Below, in pieces: positions 47,479-54,972 of a stretch of 54,972 nucleotides of DNA. The DNA is from Folioceros fuciformis (taxonomy: Eukaryota). The position numbers and the translations under genes are program-made. The notes under the pieces are model-generated. The model did no database searches and was not told the origin of the DNA. It saw only the letters and a list, made by a program, of their open reading frames with translations. Within the stretch, counting starts at the first letter, position 1. The number at the start of each line of letters is the position of its first letter. The stretch lies in contig JBNGIO010006183.1 in the NCBI GenBank assembly GCA_049999805.1, positions 72,550 to 127,521 of the forward strand, in the 5' to 3' direction.

Positions 47479-49981
47479 TCAACTCTTAGGCATTCCCCCT
47501 CGTGCTCGTATTCCTTCTCCGTCAAGCAACTGCAGTCCAGGGAGAGCTTGAATTAAGGACTGCTTGAAGTCCTCAGCTTTGGCAGCGGGGTTTCCGGTTG
47601 TGTTCAGTTCCAGTAATAGCATGCCGCCAAACACAGCCTCAACTTCCCACACAACTGCACAACCAGGGTTAGCTGTAGAACCGCATTCCTTGGAGTTGGC
47701 CAATCTAGAATGGCAGAGATATCTGCAAGGGTCCACACTGTGACCGCCGATGGCATTGTGAGAGACGTCTAGTGCTCGGAGTCCGTGGATAGAACGCAGA
47801 GGTCCAAGAGCTGTTACACTGGGAATGAGGTTATGGCTGATGTTCAGGCTAGACAGGAGTTGCAAAGGCTCAATACCTAGTGGATGGCCAACGAACAGAA
47901 AACGAATCAGCGCTAAGCACTGAGACGTAAACAGGCCCTGAGAGACGAAAATCCAGGTGGCCGGAGGACACTCACCATCTATTGATCGTAACTTGTTGTG
48001 ACTCAGATCAAGCTTCTGAACAAACGACAAGCTCTGGGCGCCAGCAAACCTTGTCAACGAGAGACGGTCCAACCGGTACCACCCTGACTCTGATTTCTCA
48101 TCATTGTTTCCGAGTTCACAGATTTTCTGCAGACGAGGCCCAACACTCAGAACCAGTGACCGGGGCCTAGAAGTCCCAAAGTAATAACACTAAAAATGCA
48201 TGGATTTCAGAGTAGCACATCGCGTCTACCACCTTGTGAACTTGGAGTAAGCTGTGTTGATCCCAATAAAAAGCAGCATGTGCAGGGTCTACAGTTGCCA
48301 ATTCCTTGTACAGCTCCATCACTTCGCTCGAGTGTTTGCCATTTGGGTGGGCAAAATTCTCTGCCACGCTCGTATCCTCTGCAGTCAAGAATCTCGCCAG
48401 AGTGAGCTTTGCCCATTTGCTGCAAGCAACAAGACAGCCAATCACATTATATCACACCACCAAAGTGCCCTCGTCAACTTGAGTACGTGATTCTGAGAGC
48501 AGCTTGAGAACAGGCTTACTGCCCAACCTGTCCGTTTCTAGAATGAGGAGCTCCCGCAATGCACCAATTTCCCTCTGCATGACAAGTTGCTCCCACTTCA
48601 ATTTCGCAGAACCTCCAGGCTGGAGGACTTCATCTTCATGACCACCAGTCACACTGGAACCAGTGGAAGCAACGGCCTGAGCCAAGAGCCAAGATTGGTA
48701 GAACCAGGCGCTCTGATCATCAGGTTCTGTATAATAGGCATTTTGCACCAGCTTGAACTCTTGTTCCAGGATATGTTGCCGCTTTCTGTCCTGCTGTGAG
48801 TCCTGTTCAAACAGCTTGGACAGCAGAGCACTGCAAAACAGCAACTTTTCAGGCTGCTTTTAACCACAACGTTTTGGAATGTTGTGATTTGCAAAACAAG
48901 TTCTGGATGCGGACCTGCGATTATGCCAGGCAGAATAATTGCTGAAATTCTTTTCAATCATCTCCTTGGTGAATGCCAGCTCTTCTTCCAGCGGGACTCC
49001 TTTCATCCTCACAGCAAATCTGAGAGGTAACCCGCATCAGGCCTATCTATGGACATCAGAACAACAGTAAGCAGAGACCACCTTGGGTGCCAGCCAACTA
49101 GTACCTTCGGTAATCCCAACCAAGAAAGTTCCTTTCATCCAGGTTCTGCAACTTTGACAGCAAAGCAAACTCATGATCTAGCTCTGAAATCCCCAAGCTA
49201 ATGATCCACTTGCGATGATACCATGCTCCGTACGACTTATAATTCCTGAGCAAAGCTCTCTGGACCTGCCTTCGGAACATGGGATATCACGGAAGACTGT
49301 CAAAGGTCTGGCAGGAGTATCAATCTGGACCCACAAAAAAAGTCGGCCACAACACTTGGGAGTCACATCTAAAAGTGGTACTCATTGGCCTACGCATTGA
49401 CCGACGAAGGGCATCACCGAGGGAAAGAAAAACAGTCCATCAACAAGCTTGTCCGTAACCAATGGGCCAGTAAAATACCACGCGGAGCTCCTCGTCGGCA
49501 AGTTTTTTTCTCCCAGCTTGTTCTTCCTCTTGCTCCATAAGATGTTTCACAGCAAGCTTCCGGAAGTTCCATGCCGTATAAACTTCAGGATTCAACTCCA
49601 CGAGACGGGCATTTTGCTCAAGTGCTTTCTTAGTGTAGCTGCACATTCAGCTACCCAAAGTCATGTCATTATTCCGAGGGAATGGATGCAAGCGAAACCC
49701 AGCCTCCCCATCGAACAGAACGAACCGGGAAGTGTTTACAGCTCAGCAGACCTTCACTGTGCTGGCTACTTCCCTGACAGTACTGTCAATCCAACTGCTC
49801 AAAACACAGGAGGACGACCGGCAGGACGAAATTCATCGGAAACCTCACACCATACATACCGTCGAGATCGGTGATTTTCCTCAAGCTCATTCCACAGAGA
49901 TCGCGCTAGATCGAACTTGGCCTTCTGCTCAGCCGTCTCGACGTGAACCTGCCCAGGACGCTGCCGTGGTCTGCCATGCAT
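47479..49981 (-). CDS. RGTA: Rab geranylgeranyltransferase (type II) alpha subunit with C-terminal LRRs
   Basis: MHGRPR start, prenyltransferase alpha repeats (NPEVYTAWNFRK, NYKSYGAWYHRKW, DERNFLGWDYRR, NFSNYSAWHNR, YTEPDDQSAWFY) and LRRs (LDLSHNKLRSI, LNISHNLI, LDVSHNAI). About 8 GT-AG exons. Confidence 0.92.
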
Positions 49982-50554
49982 GCTTGCTAGTCCCTAAGCT
50001 TCAACTTCGAGATAGTATGTGAAAGCGGTAAGCCAAACCAATCCGGTCAGAAAATGCAGTCGAGGCAGTGCCGAACTGCCAAACTCATTCATTGCCCCTG
50101 TGCAAGTAGGGCAACGGTGTGGGGCCACGGGTCCATCCGTCGACGAAAGTCGCGGATGGTTTGGTTGAATCTAGAACCAACTAGCCGGGTTCGGATGAAT
50201 GCAGAACGCTGGTGGTGAGGGAAGTGTTCGAAGGATGTTCTTGCCGTCCGTTGAAAATCTCGTTCCCGGAGGCTTCAGAAGCGGAAATTTGCTTGTCCTC
50301 TTCCTCTCTGATTGCTAGCTTAACCTTTCTCGAGTTACCTCAATACTTCGAATACGGTACGGCATAACTCGGTGGACAAAACAATGTGTTCTCTTCAAAA
50401 CAAATCTTTCCTTCCAGCTTTCGCTGTCGCGCATTGCGTAGGCGATACTCTACCTGCTGTCATAGAAGGACCTTTTTCTTTTGATTCCATTTACACCTTG
50501 CAACAAGCATAGCCCACGGCAGCGAGGTGTTGGTAGTAGCTACCATCTGTCCAG

Positions 50555-52101
50555 TCATGCCGCAATGCATTGTTTGGATCGAAAATCTGGGGCAGATATG
50601 AGACTCAGCATCAGGTGCTGAAACCGTTCGGACCCAAAACCAGGGTTCAATATGTTATCATCTCCGATCACCTTGCAAGGATCCCGAGCTCCAGTAGAAT
50701 TTCCTCTACACCATCCACCTGGGGTGAAGCGGCCAGTAGGCCGTCCCAAAAGTTCCCTGTCTATTCTATCCAAGAGCGGCTCGTCTACGGCAAACTTTCG
50801 AGCAAAAGGAGCGCCGCTGTCTGTCATCTTCTGGAAATGCTCGGCATTCAGCGACTGAGGATGCTGTCGAGGAGGGTTGTCCCATGATATGTAATGTAAA
50901 TCATTGTTGACTGTGGTGTTCTTGAACTCCGGAGAGTTGCAGATAACGGTGTGGAAGTAGCCTTCAGGTGAGGAAACAAAGTTTGTGTAGTACATGAGCA
51001 CAGCCCGAGGAAGATTATCCCATCCCGAAATACAGAACTCCATGAATGAACGGGAGAGCGCCACCCAGGCTGAGCCTGCAAGAAGCGGAAGCTCAGAAAC
51101 AAGCGACGACTGGGACTGCAAACATGTGCAGTCAAGTGTGCTGTAGAGAAGAGACCCACAGTGGCAATCCCAGTTATGGCCACGGAGGATGCATACCTGT
51201 GAATAAGCGGAAGGAAGTAGGCAGAGGCCGTTTCTCACTAAGCCACACGATTTCGGTCTTCTGTGACATGTACAAACCCGGATCCATGATGATCGGTTTT
51301 GCTCTTTGGTTCCTGCACTTGGAAGCAGTGAGTGAGGCTCATCCCTGAGCTGGAACTGACAACATGCTGAAAGGAGAAAACGAAGAAAGTGCATGCTTAC
51401 TCCATCCACGAGATGTCGCTGGAATGGTGAATGAAATTGAGCTCCCTTGGCACGTACGAAAGCACGTGCAGAAGCTCTGCCAGTTCAAGCAAAAGTTTGT
51501 GGTGAGTAAGTTTAGAACGGCGTCCGGATTGGAAGAGGCAGGCAGAGAGGAGAAATATACCGTCTTGAGTGATGAGGGGGTAGTCGGCGGCGCTGAGATT
51601 GATGAACCAATCCCAGTCTAGGCTTTGCTTCAGCAGAATTGCAGCCCCATGCAGGGTGGTGGCAACCATGGAGGCGCCTCTGTAGGTGACCATATTTGAC
51701 TTGCGCACGACCTGCACGTTGCCAACCTCCATAAAGGTAGAATCCAACTGAACATACCTGTCCAGATCATCCCTCTCCTCGGTTGGTGCGTCGAGGTCGA
51801 GGTGCAAAACATACTGGTTCCTGGGATGATAAGTAGCCTGCAGCAGCCTTGTCATGCGTTGCCCATCACCCTTGCTGCCCGAAATCAAGTAGGCCAATCT
51901 GGGGGGAGATGGCAAGGGCTCTGCCTTCGGCAGTTCTTCCCACTCCCCTGTCGACTGCTCCTGCTCATCAAGTAAAGGTTGCGGTAGCACAGAGGACGGG
52001 ATGCTGGTCTGAATGAACCCGAGCGTAAGAGTAGTGGCCAGAACGAGAACGACAGACGCCAGTGAGCTGACTACAAGGGGCACGACACAGTTTCGTTCCA
52101 T
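50555..52101 (-). CDS. GlcAT14: GT14 family beta-glucuronosyltransferase (GlcAT14 / core-2/I-branching-like), 4 exons
   Basis: N-terminal TM, RLAYLISGSKGDG, YHPRNQYVLHLD, WDWFINLSAADYPL, GSAWVALSR, GWDNLPR, SSPEGYFHTVICN, WDNPPRQHP and APFARKF. Approximate exons: 52101-51561, 51476-51400, 51312-51197, 51075-50555. Confidence 0.93.
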
Positions 52102-53399
52102 GTCGACCGTCCTGTGAAGGCATGTGGAAGGGCTCCTTCACCCAATCAATCTACTGGCCATGGGTCTGGGTGTGGACCTGCCAAAGATGAAACAGGCTTC
52201 GGAATCAGGATAACAACTTCAAATTGGCAGACCGAGGGCAGCGACGGATACGAGAAACCCATGCACGCTCACGCTTGAATCACCTGAATGAGGTCCTTCC
52301 GCACATATAGATATATAGCATTCTGTTCGCTCTTGAATCGTCTGTGTGAGTAGTGGGACTCTCCGGTTATCGAAGCGTAAACGGATGCGGGGAGACGATA
52401 TCGAGAAAACGACTGCTCGTGAAATCCAGCGTTGGCACCCGACTGTGAGAGCCTTGATTGTCCGAGTATTCGGAGCCGACATCCCAACTGATCAGCAACA
52501 CGTGAAGATGAAACAGCATTCAAACATATGCCATGGAGATGGATGTTTTGTTTTGTTGAGAGGTGTTGTTCGGCCATCCATGATCGCTGAACGCTGATCC
52601 GCGAGCTCGATCCAGCTGGGTAGGTGGAAACCGTGAGCCCCATACTATAAGCTCCAGTTTGTCGTTGGAACCCCTGATTCCGCAGACGTTGATGTGGCAA
52701 CTGGAGCTGTTACACAAGTGCGAAATAGTAGGGCAACGTTGTGGGGCCGCGAAAGAAGTGGGCGCACTGAAGTGGCGCGGTGAGCTTTCCTTTACGGTGA
52801 GACTAGTTGTTGGGCCTTGCGATCCTTGAGGTGAAGGCTTGAACCTGATGATGCGGCCGGTGTGGGATGGATTTTGTTGGCCGGCTTCCCTGGTGTCTGA
52901 TGGTTGTGCTTTGGTAATGCGGTGAAGCAGTGTTTTTGACAGTTGAAGCAAAAGTGCGGCTGGGGGGAATGGCGATGAGTCCGCGGGAGTGGTGGAGGCG
53001 GAAACAGCAGCAGCTAGGGTTGTGCAACTGCCAGTCTTTGATGATCGCCTCTCCGCAGGAGCTGAGCTCCGCAGGGCAGGCTATGGAGGCGAGAATGGAG
53101 AAATCTGCGGAGGAGCGCTTGGCGCGGGCCCATCAGTGCACCGATGGTTGGTTCTCTGTTCCCACATGATTGCGTTCATGACATGGCACAAGACCCTGAC
53201 CTACATACATTGCGGGTTGTTTTGGCGGGGTTGGATCGTTGACGAGGCGTTTGGTGGGAGGGGGCTGATAGTGTAGGTGGGCATGAGGGAGAGGATGTGT
53301 GGCGGCAATTGTTGAGCGACTGTTCAATTTGTGAGTGACAGTGCACATGAAGTGTTATGGCTCCGTTTTTCTTGACTGTGCTTGTTGAGGAAGGTGAGC

Positions 53400-53448
53400 T
53401 GGGCAGGGGCAGGGGCAGGGGCAGGGGCAGGGGCAGGGGCAGTGGGGC
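53400..53448 (+). repeat. (GGGGCA)n hexamer tract, potential G-quadruplex
   Basis: gggcaggggcaggggcaggggcaggggcaggggcaggggcagtgggg, upstream of GlcAT14. Confidence 0.7.
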
Positions 53449-54972
53449 TCCAGCCATCCCTGATTCGTGGTGGTGGCCTATCCAAGTTGAAGATCCTGAT
53501 AGCTAGGGTGCATCCATTGTATGGGGTAGGCAGATGTGTAGCAGCAGCTGTGAGTGCAGGGAAGGAATTGTTCGTTTGACGGCATGGCCATGAGGGCGCC
53601 GTGCGCACACTCGTTTGGGCTGCTGGAACACAATTGTGTTGATGTTGATGGCATGGTTGTGGCGGGTGGATGATTTGCAGAGGGTGTGAGAGCTGGATTG
53701 AAAGCTGGAGCAGTGGCGTCGGTAGTGTCTGCCGTCCCGACTGTAAGTAGCCTGACGAGATGGATGTTTACATGTGTGGTGTGGAAGCACTGGAAGGGGT
53801 TTACTTGACGGCAAGTGGGTTGAAATGTGTGGGGTGGTGTTGTGCTGTGTATAGTATAACACGGGGGGCATGCATTGGTGTTGGATTTAATGCGCAGCTT
53901 CTTGGGGCGCGTTACATCCCCTGGGCGAAGAAGCATGTGAACTACACCGGGCAGGCTCTCATAATAAGCGCAGGTAAGGAGATGAATGTGGAAGTGGGTT
54001 GTTGTGCATCCGGTGTGTTGATGGTGGGTGATGAGGATTGGAAGACGCTCTGGGTGGCACGGTGAGGTCAGGTCAGGTCTAGTGTGGTGTAGTGTGGTGT
54101 GGTCGGGTCCAGTTGGTTGCGTTGACTGACACCAGCTGGTGCGAGCTGTTGACAGCTACGATCGCAGCTTACTTCATCGTAGCCGAGCAGACGATTCTAG
54201 AGTGCGCACGTTCGTCCAAGTACAGCGAGCAGGAGGTTAGCAACGGCAGGGCAGGTAGTGGAGTGGATGAGGCGCAATTGTAGGGGGTACGGTGTGTGTA
54301 GATACATAGATAACTTGGGCGAAGCGGCAAGCAAGCCTGAGGTGGCGTAGAAGGCGAGGGGACGCGGGGAGGCGAGGCATGAGAAGCTTAGGTCCGCTCC
54401 CTAGTTGTGGCAGGTTGCAGTTGAGGACGAAGGCAAATTGTTATAGTGGTTTTGGGATGCAGGCGATAAAAATAGGTGGTGGCTGGGCCCCTTCTAGTCT
54501 CCTGTCACTGGAAGGAAGCGTCTGGCAGAGCTCCACTTCCGATTCCAATTGCAAGTGCTAGTGCAGATCCCGTCCCTCTCCCTCTCGTGTTTGGGTGTGT
54601 GTTTCGATAGATAGATAGATACCAAGAGGGGGCGAGGGCGAGAGCGAGAGCAATCCATTGACAGTAGAGTGTGGAGAGGGTGCAGTGTGTGTGGGCGGGC
54701 AAGTGATAAAAGGGAGGTGATGACGGTGGTGGAAGACTGCAGGTGAAGAATGTCATAAAAGTCCATGTCCATGGTCGCGAGGTGGCGTGACGTAAGCGCA
54801 TTGGTGGAGACGGGCATGCAGGATAAGGTGCAGTGGTGGGGCCGATGCAGGGAGGGCCAATGGAAGCAGACATGATCACGTGACGGCAGGAAGTACCGTA
54901 TATTAGCAGAGGAAGTTGCAAGCAGGTAGGCAGGCGTTGAGGCCATGTCCAGTCGCATGGCATGGGGTGGGT

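Noticed and set aside
40702-49981. Adjacent Rab-pathway genes (DENN, RGTA; SYP4 further away) as a functional cluster
   Set aside because: Trafficking genes are numerous, so adjacency without conserved synteny or co-expression data is probably chance.

Overview
Eukaryotic nuclear DNA from a compact, intron-rich land-plant genome (short GT-AG introns, four N gaps). A non-seed plant with flagellated sperm, such as a hornwort, is inferred but not proven. Two ordinary gene-dense flanks surround a ~19 kb repeat-rich island (~20.6-40 kb). The left flank holds tRNA-Leu, a SYP4 syntaxin, an OMA1 peptidase, a NIMA-related kinase, an AGCVIII kinase, tRNA-Val and tRNA-Ser. The right flank holds a DENN protein, Rab-GGTase alpha and a GlcAT14 glycosyltransferase. 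The island is the most interesting part. It appears to be an old tandem triplication: each unit has a GC-rich head motif, its own AT-rich or tandem-repeat block, a homologous promoter box and a spliced gene I cannot assign to a known family. The three genes share their last exons and intron phases but have very different N-terminal parts, and two share a conserved ~45-aa motif. A decayed RLE-type non-LTR retrotransposon closes the island. Other points of note are an algal CNK-like NEK whose alphaC Glu is Gln, and an RGTA that keeps its LRRs but lacks the Ig-like insert. Exon boundaries were read by eye and are approximate; no database searches were run.
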